This document shows positions 1 to 11,905 of a DNA stretch of 64,000 bases, in pieces (the stretch's first letter is position 1; the number at the start of each line of letters is the position of its first letter). The position numbers and the translations under genes were made by a program. The notes beneath the pieces were generated by a model, which had not been told where the DNA came from, searched no databases, and was given only the letters and a program-made list of their open reading frames with translations. The stretch is from Macrostomum lignano (lineage: Eukaryota). The stretch covers positions 186,001-250,000 of the forward strand of contig NIVC01001504.1 in NCBI GenBank assembly GCA_002269645.1, in the 5' to 3' direction.

Positions 1-24
1 ATTGACTGTCTGCGATGCAGGCCT

Positions 25-615
25 CTAATGCCGTCATCCCTAATGCCATTATCCCTATTGCCGTCATCCCTAATGCCATTATCCCTATTGCCGTCATCCC
101 TAATGCCATTATCCCTATTGCCGTCATCCCTAATGCCATTATCCCTATTGCCGTCATCCCTAATGCCATTATCCCTAATGCTGTCATCCCTAATGCCATT
201 ATCCCATTATCCCAGAATATGGCAGTGTGACTAGCTGCCATTATCCCAGAATATGGCAGTGGGACTAGCTGCCATTATCCCAGGATGTGGCAGTGTGACT
301 AGCTGCCATTATCCCAAGATGTGGCAGTGTGACTAGCTGCCATTATCCCAAGATGTGGCAGTGTGACTAGCTGCCATTATCCCAGGATGTGGCAGTGTGA
401 CTAGCTGCCATTATCCCAGGATGTGGCAGTGTGACTAGCTGCCATTATCCCAAGATGTGGCAGTGTGACTAGCTGCCATTATCCCAAGATGTGGCAGTGT
501 GACTAGCTGCCATTATCCCAGGATGTGGCAGTGTGACTAGCTGCCATTATCCCAGAATATGGCAATGTGACTAGCTGCCATTATCCCAGGATGTGGCAGT
601 GTGACTAGCTGCCAT
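25..615. repeat. Two adjacent minisatellites in GPCR intron 2: a 15/30-bp unit (25-210) and a 34-bp unit (211-615)
   Basis: Units ccgtcatccctaatgccattatccctattg and gtgactagctgccattatcccaagatgtggcagt. Confidence 0.95.
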
Positions 616-645
616 CCCAGCCACCGAGAACCCGCCGCTGCGCAC

Positions 646-2448
646 CTGCCACATGTTGATGCTCCTGCGCAGCGACCTGGCGATGCGGATGTTCATAAAG
701 GTGATGGCCGTCACGGGGATGATGAAGTAGAACAGCGAGTACAGCACCCCGGAGTAGATCACCTCGTACAGCCCGGTTGCGGTGCCGTTGCCAGGCCGCT
801 GCATCCACGGCGCCAGGACGTAGCCGGAGACGAGGACCTCGCAGCCGCTGCCGTTCGCCGGCCTGGCCCGGTAGCAGCCGAACTGCTCGGCCGAGTTGCG
901 CACCAGCTGCGCCCGCTTCCACGCCTGACTGTCCGCCAGGTCATCCCCGATGGGGAAATCGAACACCTCCAGCTCGAAGAACTTCGGCACATTGTAGGCC
1001 GCGCTGAGCAGCAGCACCAGGCCGATGTTGCGGTACACGGCGCGGCCGGCGGGCTTGCCGTTGGCCACCGACAGCGGCCGGCAGACGGCCTGGTAGCGCT
1101 CGAAGGACACCAGCAGGGTGATGTAGATGGAGGCCAGCTGCATGGTGAAGCACACGGGCAGCAGGTACTTCACCGTGCTGCCCCGGCTCAGGTAGCAGAA
1201 GTACAGCAGCAGGCTGGGCACCTGGCGGAGTCACGGTGATTTATTCAGTCATACCTGGTAATACTCATAGAACCGCAGTCATACCTGGTAATACTCATAG
1301 AATCGTAGTCATACCTGGTAATACTCATAGAACCGCAGTCATACCTGGTAATACTCATAGAACCGCAGTCATACCTGGTAATACTCATAGAATCGCAGTC
1401 ATACCTGGTAATACTCATAGAATCGCAGTCATACCTGGTAATACTCATAGAATCGCAGTCATACCTGGTAATACTCATAGAATCGCAGTCATACCTGGTA
1501 ATACTCATAGAATCGCAGTCATACCTGGTAATACTCATAGAACCGCAGTCATACCTGGTAATACTCATAGAACCGCAGTCATACCTGGTAATACTCATAG
1601 AACCGCAGTCATACCTGGTAATACTCATAGAATCGCAGTCATACCTGGTAATACTCATAGAATCGCAGTTATACCTGGTAATACTCATAGAATCGCAGTT
1701 ATACCTGGTAATACTCATAGAATCGCAGTCATACCTGGTAATACTCATAGAATCGCAGTCATACCTGGTAATACTCATAGAATCGCAGTCATACCTGGTA
1801 ATACTCATAGAATCGCAGTCATACCTGGTAATACTCATAGAACCGCAGTCATACCTGGTAATACTCATAGAATCGCAGTCATACCTGGTAATACTCATAG
1901 AACCGCAGTCATACCTGGTAATACTCATAGAACCGCAGTCATACCTGGTAATACTCATAGAATCGCAGTCATACCTGGTAATACTCATAGAATCGCAGTC
2001 ATACCTGGTAATACTCATAGAATCGCAGTCATACCTGGTAATACTCATAGAATCGCAGTCATACCTGGTAATACTCATAGAACCGCAGTCATACCTGGTA
2101 ATACTCATAGAATCGCAGTCATACCTGGTAATACTCATAGAATCGCAGTCATACCTGGTAATACTCATAGAACAGGCTCAGCACGTTAATCACGAAGTTG
2201 CCCAGGATGAAGACGGCGTCAACCACGCATAGGGCGGACAGGATGGTGAAGAGCGGGCAGCGGCGGTGCCGGTTGGCCCGCTGCAGCACAAAGACGGACA
2301 GCACGTTGCCGATGATGCCGAAGATGGACAGGATGCCGGTGATGTAGAATGCCAGCACCGAGGTGGCCAGCTGGATGCTGTCTATGGCCGGAGCTGCAGT
2401 GGGCTTGTCGGCCAGGGACCAGTTGCTGGGCGGGCTTGTTGACTCCAT
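646..2448 (-). CDS. Rhodopsin-family peptide GPCR (FMRFamide/myosuppressin-receptor-like), 3'-partial; exons 2448-2155 and 1221-646, TM6-7 lie beyond the left edge
   Basis: TM1 GIIGNVLSV, TM2 LCVVDAVF, TM3 SFERYQAVCRPL, TM4 YNVPKFFE, TM5 FIIPVTAITFMN. Phase-0 junction TAC CAG|gtatga...ccgccag|GTG CCC; next donor TGG CAG|gtgcgc at 645. Confidence 0.88.
1246..2172. repeat. 30-bp minisatellite, 31 donor-containing copies, filling GPCR intron 1
   Basis: Minus-strand unit gtatgactgcg(a/g)ttctatgagtattaccag; period exactly 30 from 1254 to 2154. Confidence 0.98.
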
Positions 2449-3367
2449 GGCGATTGGCAGCGGCTGCGGGTCAGTGGAGAGAGTGCATAGCAACTGCATA
2501 GTAACCACTTAGCAACTGCATACTAGCCACTTAGAAAGCGCATAGTAACCATTTAAAAACCGCGTAGTATCCACGTAGAAACAACATAGTAACGCCTAAG
2601 AAACTGCTAATAACTGCTAAGAAACTGCATAAAAACTTAAAAACTGCATAGCAACGGCTTAGAAACCGCATAGCAACGGCTTAGAAACCGCATAGCAACG
2701 GCTTAGAAACTGCATAGCAACCGCTAAAAAACGGCATAGAGACAGCTTAATAGCCACTGAATGCGGCAAGGCGACAGTCCTTGGCAAATGCATGCAGCTC
2801 ATTAGTTTTGCTTGAGCATGCGAAATCATTAAGAAGTGGACAAACAACTTTTCTCTTCTTTGTTAGGAGCTTCTATTTTCTTTTGAACTCATCTCTTTTT
2901 CTCCCCTGTTTCCCTAGCCCGGCCCGATTCAGACTAATTTCTCATTGCAAGCGGGAAAGTGCGGGGCGATTCAACCGAGGCCCTGGCATCGATAGCCCCG
3001 TCAGCTCTGACAGCCGCCCACTCCTCCCGCCTTGGCCAACCTCGGATGAAATTGCACCTGGGGGCTAGCGCTGCAGACAGGGATTTTCCCAGCCTCCGCG
3101 CCCCGGCTGATGAAGCATCCGGAATCCTATGGATACGCAGCACAGCTGCTCCAGCTGATGTTAGCGGGGGGAGGTGCGCAAAATAAAATCCCCTTTTGCC
3201 AAAGTAGTTTTAATTGGGCATCATCAAATGCTTTGCGGATGCTGGGCAAGAAGTTTTGGAGGCTGGCTGATGCAGCAGCGGCTGACGGCTCGTCCCGAAT
3301 CGCTCATACAATCAATCATTGCCTATGATAGGATTATCAGCACTGAGGTCAGATGAGGGGATGTTAA

Positions 3368-3875
3368 GGTGCAGCTGAGTTGCAGCTAAGGGGCAGCTGA
3401 GGGGCAGCTGAGGTGCAGTTGAGGTGCAGCTGAAGGGCAGCTGAGGTGCAGTTGAGGTGCAGCTGAGGGGCAGCTGAGGTGCAGTTGAGGTGCAGCTGAA
3501 GGGCAGCTGAGGTGCAGCTGAGGTGCAGCTGAGGTGCAGCTGAGGTGCAGTTGAGGTGCAGTTGAGGTGCAGCTGAGGTGCAGTTGAGGTGCAGTTGAGG
3601 TGCAGTTGAGGTGCAGTTGAGGTGCAGTTGAGGTGCAGCTCAGGGGCAGCTGAGGTGCAGTTGAGGTGCAGCTGAAGGGCAGCTGAGGTGCAGTTGAGGT
3701 GCAGTTGAGGTGCAGTTGAGGTGCAGCAGAGGGGCAGCTGAGGTGCAGCTGAAGGGCAGCTGAGGGGCAGCTGAGGGGCAGCTGAGGTGCAGCTGAGGTG
3801 CAGCTGAAGGGCAGCAGAGGGGCAGCTGAGGTGCAGCTGAAGGGCAGCTGAGGGGCAGCTGAGGGGCAGCTGAGG
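3368..3875. repeat. 10-bp minisatellite
   Basis: gaggtgcagt/gaggggcagc iterations. Confidence 0.95.
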
Positions 3876-4511
3876 TGTGGGTGCAAGAACAAGCTCAATT
3901 GAAAATCCTGAAAGCGCTGCAAGCAGCTCGCGGCCGCTCTTGCACAAAAAATCTGCACTTCTTCCGCCTCCCCCACCACCACCGGTGTAAAATCTCAGAA
4001 GGCTTCTGCGGCAATTTCCTGGCAAGCAGCCACCCCGCCTGGAGAAAGCCAACACGGGTCGTTCCCGCTTCCCCCTTTTGCTCCCGCCCATTTCTCCCCC
4101 TGCTAGCAGCTCAGCCTTCACTCACTTGGCGCCCTCGGTTTGCTCGGAAGTGTCGCGTCCACCTGTCGGGTCCTCAAGCGGCGGGAGCAGAAATCGACGG
4201 CAAGATCGGCTCGGAAAACGCAGCGGACCGAGTCCTCAGCCTTGTCTTCCTCCTCCTCTTGTTCTGCTTTTTCTACTTCCTTCTTCTTTCTCGCCGTGGC
4301 ACAGTTTAAATTATTCAAGTCTCAGGGGCTGCTGAACTTGCCTGGCCCGGCCGCCATTGGCCAGGAGCCGCCAGCCAATCAGATGCGGCCGCCCTAATCA
4401 ACACTGACTGGGCCGCCTCGCTTTGGCAACTGGCAAGTTTAAGTCGCTCGAGAGCAGGCCGAATCGGCTGGCCCAGATAAGCCCGGCACAGGCATCTGTG
4501 AGCTGAGCAGC

Positions 4512-4513
<2 letters not shown>

Positions 4514-4580
<67 letters not shown>
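4514..4580. repeat. (CT)n microsatellite
   Basis: Perfect CT run. Confidence 0.98.
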
Positions 4581-4582
<2 letters not shown>

Positions 4583-4887
4583 CCTTTCTGCATTCTCCTT
4601 ATCTGTTCCTGATTGACAGGTAATCTTGACCGCCACACTTCTCATTCTTTCAGTTCTCTCAGGCCTTCTCTTTCAGTCTTCAATGGCCAGAGTAGCAGAT
4701 AAGCCCCCCGCCTGACAACCAGACCCCAAAGTCTCAAAGTCTAGCGTGATGTGGGCCAGCGGCTGCCAGCTTAATCAGATGGAGTGCCAGCAGCGCTGAT
4801 GCAGCTCCCGGCTTTGGCTTATCGTTGGGCTTCAGGAGCTTGCTGCTCCGTCTGGTGCACTTTCTTTGCTGAACTCAAAGTCTCTCT

Positions 4888-5160
4888 CAGGGTTTCACTC
4901 TCCGATTGACTTCTGGCTGGGTGTCACTCTCGGGAGTTCACTCTCTGATTGACTTCTGGCTGGGTGTCACTCTCAGGGTTTCACTCTCCGATTGACTTCT
5001 GGCTGGGTGTCACTCTCAGGGTTTCACTCTCGGATTGACTTCTGGCTGGGTGTCACTCTCGGGGTTTCACTCTCCGATTGACTTCTGGCTGGGTGTCACT
5101 CTCGGGGTTTCACTCTCCGATTGACTTCTGGTTGAGCGTCACTCTCGGGGTTTCACTCTC
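4888..5160. repeat. 43-bp minisatellite, ~6 copies
   Basis: gggtttcactctccgattgacttctggctgggtgtcactctc(a/g). Confidence 0.93.
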
Positions 5161-5714
5161 CAACTGACTGTCGACTAAATGTCACTCGGAGAGTGTCACT
5201 CTCTCTCTGTCCGGCAAATGACATGCGTAGGGAAAGTTTCGCTGCAGCAAAGCTTCTCCGAAAGCCATCAGGGAGAGCCCGACTGCCCGGTTGCGATCGC
5301 AGATGGCGCAGCTGCTCAGCCGGACCATGACTGATGGCTCCAGATGCCACCCTCCATCAACCTATCTCAAATTTGTAAGTCGCATCCGCCTGCTCATTCC
5401 AGCCTCCTAGCTTGTTCATCTTCATCCTGAGCATTCCAGCTGCTGCACTTCAGCTATCCATGGAGTGGTCACGTGACCCCCCATTCATCACCGGCCGGGA
5501 AATCGAAGCAAATTACCCGGCCTGATCGATGCCGGCCTGTCTAGCAGCTCGCGAAGGTGGGCGAGGCTGAGGGGGGAGGCTGAGGGGACGGGAAAAGTTC
5601 TGAGGAGAAGCAAAACAAATGGGATTTGTCCGGGGCCGGGGACAGGGGGAGACAGTCCGCATCTGTCTTACTGGGTGCGACTAATCTGCAGAGAGGGACC
5701 CGCTGGCAAATTCG

Positions 5715-6180
5715 GTGAATGCGCAGTGAATGTGCAGTGAATGTGTAGTGAATGCGCAGTGAATGTGCAGTGAATGCGCAGTGAATGTGCAGTGAATGCG
5801 CAGTGAATGCGCAGTGAATGCGCAGTGAATGTGCAGTGAATGCGCAGTGAATGTGCAGTGAATGTGCAGTGAATGTGCAGTGAATGCGCAGTGAATGTGC
5901 AGTGAATGTGCAGTGATATGCAGTGAGTGTGCAGTGAATGTGCAGTGAATGTGCAGTGATATGCAGTGAGTGTGCAGTGAATGTGCAGTGAATGTGCAGT
6001 GATATGCAGTGAGTGTGCAGTGAATGTGCAGAGAATGTGCAGTGAATGTGCAGTGAATGTGCAGAGAATGTGCAGTGAATGTGCAGTGAATGTGCAGTGA
6101 ATGTGCAGTGAATGTGCAGTGAATGTGCAGTGAATGTGCAGTGAATGTACAGTGAATGTGCAGTGAATGTGCATGAATGT
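5715..6180. repeat. 11-bp minisatellite
   Basis: gcagtgaatgt iterations. Confidence 0.95.
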
Positions 6181-6631
6181 GCAGGGCAGCACTGAATCGG
6201 CCGCTCACAGGACAGCCCAGCGGGGCGGCCAGCTTCAGCGAGCACTTTCTCGACAACTGGCCAGTCTAAGCCTTCAGAGCCTTGCTTTTAGAAGAAACAC
6301 GCAAAGGAAAAGCAGATTCTCAGCGGGCGCAACAGCCACGGGGGGGGGGGTGAGATGCCAGCGCCATCTCTGCCAATGGATTATCAGTGTTCACTGAGCA
6401 CCGGGTACCGGATTATCGACCCCCGTAGCTGATCTCTCACTTTCCGAGCGCCTCTGTCCACGAGAATCCAATTTCGAGTTTCCGCGCGCGCCGCCCGAGC
6501 TGCTCGGCCGCTCGGATCAGGTGGCGCCTCGATCGATTCCCCCCCCCCGACCCCGCCTGTCCCCTCGGATCCCCGGCACTGCGGAACCGCCGGCGGATCG
6601 GAGCTGCGAGAGGAGCTGGAGTGAGGGGAAT

Positions 6632-7190
6632 CGATTGATTGGCTAATCTAGCCAGCGGATTAAATAATCGAGTTGATTACTAATCTAGCCAACGGATTAA
6701 ATAATCAAGTGGATTGCTTATCTAGCCAATAGTTTAAATAATCTTGAGGATTGCTAATCTAGCCAATGGATTAAATAATCAAGTGGATTGCTAATCTAGC
6801 CAACGGATTAAATATTCGAGTTGATTACTAATCTAGCCAACGGATTAAATAATCAAGTGGATTGCTAATCTAGCCAATAGTTTAAATAATCTTGAGGATT
6901 GCTAATCTAGCCAATGGATTAAATAATCAAGTGGATTGCTAATCTAGCCAATGGATTAAAAAATCTTGTGGATTGCTAATCTAGCCAATGGATTAAATAA
7001 TCGAGTGGATGGCTAATCTAGCCAATGGATTAAATAATCAAGTAGATTGCTAATCTAGCCGATGGATTAAATAATCGATTCGATTGGTAATTTAGTCACA
7101 AGGATTAAATATTCGAGTTGATTACTAATCTAGCCAACGGATTAAATAATCGAGTGATTTGCTAATCTAGCCAATGGATTCAATATTAAG
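6632..7190. repeat. ~38-bp minisatellite with the GGATTGCTAATCTAGCC core
   Basis: ggattgctaatctagccaatggattaaataatcaagt; the same core occurs at 43060-43670 and, inverted, at 57755-58450. Confidence 0.92.
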
Positions 7191-7471
7191 TGGATTGCAA
7201 GTGCAACCTCCCAAAGTTTGACTTGTTTTTTCATTTTAGAAATATTATGGACTAGTGACATTAAAGTATTAAAATTTGTGCAATGCAAATCAAAATTATC
7301 GTTTAAAAATCTGTGTGTGCTACTGACTAAGTAGAGGAGACGCAACATTTTATTATCAGATAGCGAATCCTTTCACAGCTGTGAGTGCTGGTTCCGTTTC
7401 TGTATTTCCTATTCTGGCATCTTTCAGTTGCTTGCTTTAGTCTTCTGATACAGGAGATCCTTTGATACACT

Positions 7472-7685
7472 GCAGTCCCTGCACCCCTACAGCCCTGCAC
7501 CCCTGCACCCCTGCACCCCTGCACCCCTGCACCTCTGCACCCCTGCACCTCTGCACCCCTGCAGCCCTGCACCCCTGCACCCCTGCACCTCTGCACCCCT
7601 GCACCTCTGCACCCCTGCACCTCTGCACCCCTGCAGCCCTGCACCCCTGCACCCCTGCACCCCCTGCACCCACTGCTACCCCTGC
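7472..7685. repeat. 8/9-bp minisatellite
   Basis: ccctgcac iterations. Confidence 0.93.
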
Positions 7686-8061
7686 GCCCAAGCATTAATA
7701 ATATAAATGTAAATTGTGAAATATTATACACACAAAAAGCAGTTTCACAAATGTCTTCACAAGTTGCTAAAATTATTCTTTGTTAAATAATGGGATAAAA
7801 GCTGCTGGTCAGCAACAATTGGAAACACAAAAGTACAGATTGGTTGCTAACTTGTGGATTTACAACATGAAGAGTTCAGATAGCAGAACGGAAACGAGAG
7901 GAAACTTGGTCCAGGCCAAGTCAACGATTGTCAGCACAACACGACACATTTTTTTGTAAGCGAGATAGCGAACGAGGGAAATCAGAAATCGATAAATAAT
8001 AATCATCAGCGATATCGGTCTTTATTGGCTGAGAGGTCTGCCCACAATTTACAAGCCCAGT

Positions 8062-8290
8062 TAACCCCACTGTACAGCAGTAGGCTGCCCAGTCAGCCCC
8101 ACAGTACAGCAGTAGGCTGCCCAGTCAGCCCCACAGTACAGCAGTAGGCTGCCCAGTCAGCCCCACAGTACAGCAGTAGGCTGCCCAGTCAGCCCCACTG
8201 TACAGCAGTAGGCTGCCCAGTCAGCCCCACTGTACAGCAGTAGGCTGCCCAGTCAGCCCCACAATACAGCAGTAGGCTGCCCAGTCAGCC
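8062..8290. repeat. 32-bp minisatellite, ~7 copies, in the putative 3' UTR of the PAN-like gene
   Basis: cccacagtacagcagtaggctgcccagtcagc. Confidence 0.93.
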
Positions 8291-8309
8291 AGGCCGGCGT
8301 CGCTGAAGC

Positions 8310-8606
8310 TCAGGCGGTCAGCAGCTGGCCGGACTCGCAGGCGCCGGGCGTCAGGCCGGCAATCTCGGCAGCCGTGACCATCAGGCAGGCATCGGGCGGC
8401 TCGCGCTGGAAGAACGCGCAGCCGGAGGTGAACAGGCATCGCTGGGCGCAGGCTGTGAAGGTCGGCGAGCCGGAGTCCTCCGGGCGCAGGGACAGCAGGC
8501 TGCGGTTGGCGCACTGGCTGGAAGGCGCGATCCGCCAGCAGGCCGACGAACCCGACGGTGCCACCGCCGCAGTCAGCAGGAGAAGCAGTGCCAGAGTCAG
8601 GTGCAT
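8310..8606 (-). CDS. Small secreted Cys-rich protein, PAN/Apple-like (98 aa)
   Basis: Signal peptide MHLTLALLLLLTAAVA; CAQRC-x5-C-AFF-x7-CL pattern; GC-rich codons; acceptor cctgtcag 13 nt before the ATG; donor GAG|gtgagt at ~8980; AATAAA on the minus strand at 8021-8026. Confidence 0.7.
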   Translation of the reverse strand: MHLTLALLLLLTAAVAPSGSSACWRIAPSSQCANRSLLSLRPEDSGSPTFTACAQRCLFTSGCAFFQREPPDACLMVTAAEIAGLTPGACESGQLLTA

Positions 8607-9144
8607 CGTTGAGCTGCGACTGACAGGAATGAGAGGGGCGGAGCAGCTCCCTGAGTAACTCTCGCCCAAGAGGCCCAGAGCCCGCTGCGAACCAAATGAA
8701 GAGTCGAAGCTTGGGGATCGTGGCAACTTTAGGAAGGCCTTTTCACAATGATTCATATGGGTAAACAGCAAGAGTAACTATACTTTTCTATATATAGTAA
8801 AACGCTTCGGCATCTAATTAGCGTTTTGAAAGCAGGGAATTCCTGAAATAAAGCAAGCACTACTGTTAGTAAGTGGCCGTAAGTATGAAAATTCTCTTGA
8901 GAACTCTATTTCCATTGCATTTTTCTGGAATCTGGAAAGCTCCCCATCTCGCCATTGCATTTCACAGCGGAGAAACTCACCTCAAGCCGTGAGAAAAGTG
9001 GAGCGAACCAAGGCGGATGCGAAGCGGCAGTCCGTGGAAAAACTCAGTGTTTTCAGTATGCAGTGAGATCCCCTAACTCTCTCTCTGCCCTGGACAGCCC
9101 AACTCTGAATTCCGCCAGTTATGAAAGCTTGTTTGCTTATTCGA

Positions 9145-9158
9145 GTTGGCATGGCAAC
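9145..9158. promoter_or_regulatory. RFX X-box-like palindrome
   Basis: GTTGGCATGGCAAC, one mismatch to GTTGCCATGGCAAC, upstream of the putative 5' UTR exon of the PAN-like gene. Confidence 0.35.
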
Positions 9159-9579
9159 GCACGAACTGCATAATGAGAGCCGCGGTGCCGGTGACTGTTT
9201 TCCATTGGCAGGCCATTGTGGCCCAGTGGTCTCTCCAGCGCCGTCCCTCCGTACCTCGGGGGGGGGGACTCCGGAATGGCAGCTGGTCTGCTGCTCCTGC
9301 GGCCCCCCCCAACCTCCTCACGGATTATCGAGACACTCAAATTTGCTATTGTGAGAAAATTGTACAGAAATTGCTATTCCAAATTCCTTCCGACCTCTTT
9401 AGCATTGTTGGCAGCTTTCCGCTACGGCAGCTGGAGTGGCTTGATTGAATTATCCAATGCTGTAAATGCCCGCATCTTTGCTGTATTTTGTTGCTATGCA
9501 CTGGCTCAGCTGGTTACCTGATTTATGACGGGCTGAATGCGAACTAATGTCAATGTATCACATTATTCATGCACCAAAA

Positions 9580-9805
9580 CGGTCATGCATCAAATCGGTC
9601 ATGCATTAAATCGGTCATGCATCAAATCGGTCATGCATCAAATCGGTCATGCTTCAAATCGGTCATGCATCAAATCGGTCATGCATCAAATCGGTCATGC
9701 ATCAAATCGGTCATGCATCAAATCGGTCATGCATCAAATCGGTCATGCATCAAATCGGTCATGCATCAAATCGGTCATGCATCAAATCGGTCATGCATCA
9801 AATCG
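9580..9805. repeat. 16-bp minisatellite, ~14 copies
   Basis: ggtcatgcatcaaatc. Confidence 0.95.
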
Positions 9806-9889
9806 AATAATTAGTTTAAATAATAATTATTTATTGTTATTTTATCGAATAATTGTGCTTCTTCCTCTCACGTCCCTTCTCCCGCTCAA

Positions 9890-10435
9890 ACCTCCACCAT
9901 CTGCTCCCCTCCACCATCTGCTCGCCTCCACCCTCTGCTCCCCTCCACCGTCTGCTCCCCTCCACCATCTGCTGGCCTCCACCCTCTGCTCCCCTCCACC
10001 ATCTGCTCTCCTCCACCGTCTGCTCGCCTCCACCCTCTGCTCCCCTCCACCATCTGCTCCCCTCCACCATCTGCTCCCCTCCACCGTCTGCTGGCCTCCA
10101 CCCTCTGCTCCCCTCCACCATCTGCTCTCCTCCACCGTCTGCTCGCCTCCACCCTCTGCTCCCCTCCACCGTCTGCTCCCCTCCACCATCTGCTGGCCTC
10201 CACCCTCTGCTCCCCTCCACCATCTGCTCTCCTCCACCGTCTGCTCGCCTCCACCCTCTGCTCCCCTCCACCATCTGCTCCCCTCCACCATCTGCTCCCC
10301 TCCACCGTCTGCTCGCCTCCACCCTCTGCTCCCCTCCACCCTCTGCTCCCCTTCACCCTCTGCTCCCCTCCACCCTCTGCTCCCCTCCACCATCTGCTCC
10401 CCTTCACCCTCTGCTCCCCTCCACCCTCTGCTCCC
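9890..10435. repeat. 17-bp C-rich minisatellite
   Basis: ccctccaccatctgctc and variants. Confidence 0.95.
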
Positions 10436-10861
10436 AGAGGGTTGCCAGTAAAGGTTATTCAATTCAAATTTTCATATTCTGGCGCTGCCCTCGTCTAAAC
10501 AAGCCGCACAAGCCGCACAAGCATTCTTCCATTTCGCTAAAAGTTCTGGTTGCATTTCTGTATGACTTGCAGGGCAGACATACCTACAGAGCTATCTCAG
10601 GGCTTGCTCAGTGTCAGGTGTCGGGTGTCGAAGCGATGCGCTGTGTGAGTTTGCACTGTGGGTTCATCCATTCGGGAGTAAACAGAAGTTTTGACACTGC
10701 ATTTGCGCTTTCAGCAATGAAGTTTTACCAGCTGCTTCAAGTAATTTCACAGGCTTCCTTCACCCGCAGTTCCGACGTACAGAAGATGAGATGATAAGAT
10801 GTAAATGCTAAAAGACTTCCCATCTCGCCAATGCATTTTTCTGCGGAAACCAGCCACTTTC

Positions 10862-11070
10862 CTGCCCACACCCTCACACCCTCCAATCCACACCCTCACA
10901 CTCTCCTGCCCACACCCGCCCACCCTCCAGCCCACACCCTCACACACTCCTGCCCACACCCTCCCACCCTCCAGCCCACACCCTCACACACTCCAGCCCA
11001 CACCCTCCCACCCTCCAGCCCACACCCTCACACTCTGCAGCCCACACCCTCCCACCCTCCAGCCCCACCG
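10862..11070. repeat. Degenerate C/A-rich repeat
   Basis: cccacaccctc.. iterations. Confidence 0.85.
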
Positions 11071-11634
11071 TCCCATCTTGAACCCACTGACCAGTTTTTG
11101 TTCAACCAACATCAAACCCCTCATCTACAGCTCAGTCCCTCTCCCCTGTTCTCCCATCCAATATCGCGGTCGCTGCAAGTAGTATAATCGACCCTATTTT
11201 GGTAAACCCACGGGAGAAAGAAAACCGAGAAGATGCGGGGGCGTGTGAAGCTCGTGTTAAGCCTCACTTGAGTGAATAAAAACTGTCGCTTTTGGCAGCT
11301 TAAGTTGCAGGCCATCTTTAATACCGCAGCAACTCCGAGAGCAGCCCTGGACAGGCGGGGCCTCGCTGGGACGGCCAGTAGAACAGGCAGATGAGGGCAG
11401 TCGGAGCCTCGAGGCGTGACTGAGGACTGGCGATGACCCTCTCCGAGCTCGGGCAGGCTCGAAGGACTTTATGGAAGGGCGAGGGGTGGGGCGAAACCGT
11501 GCGTGCCGCTTCTCTCCGAGCTGCTGCTGCTGCTGTATCTTGTCATCCACTCGACACCTCTGTCGGTTTTTCGGATTTTATTTCCCCTAATGCTCCGTAC
11601 ACCCCGTCCTCCGAGCTCCACTTGTCCTTTCGCA

Positions 11635-11905
11635 TCGGTGCTTTGTTCTCCTCGGTGCTTTGTTCTTCCCGGTGCTTTGTTCTTCCCGGTGCTTTATTCT
11701 TCCGATGCTTTGTTCTCCTCGGTGCTTTGATCTCCCCGGTGCTTTGTTCTTCCCGGTGCTTTGTTCTTCCCGGTGCTTTGTTCTTCCCGATGCTTTGTTC
11801 TTCCCGGTGCTTTGTTCTTCCCGATGCTTTGTTCTTCCCGGTGCTTTGTTCTTCCCGATGCTTTGTTCTTCCCGGTGCTTTGTTCTCCCCGGTGCTTTGT
11901 TCTTC
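11635..11905. repeat. 17-bp minisatellite
   Basis: gctttgttcttcccggt. Confidence 0.95.

Noticed and set aside
3875-4309. ORF ending in a hydrophobic TM-like stretch (VLSLVFLLLLFCFFYFLLL)
   Set aside because: The hydrophobicity comes from a CT-rich low-complexity tract; there is no convincing start or splice context.
8221-8514. Alternative frame continuing the PAN-like protein (DRLSFSDAGLADWAAYCC)
   Set aside because: It would need a frameshift, and its tail runs into the 32-bp repeat; the TGA at 8310-8312 is the simpler end.
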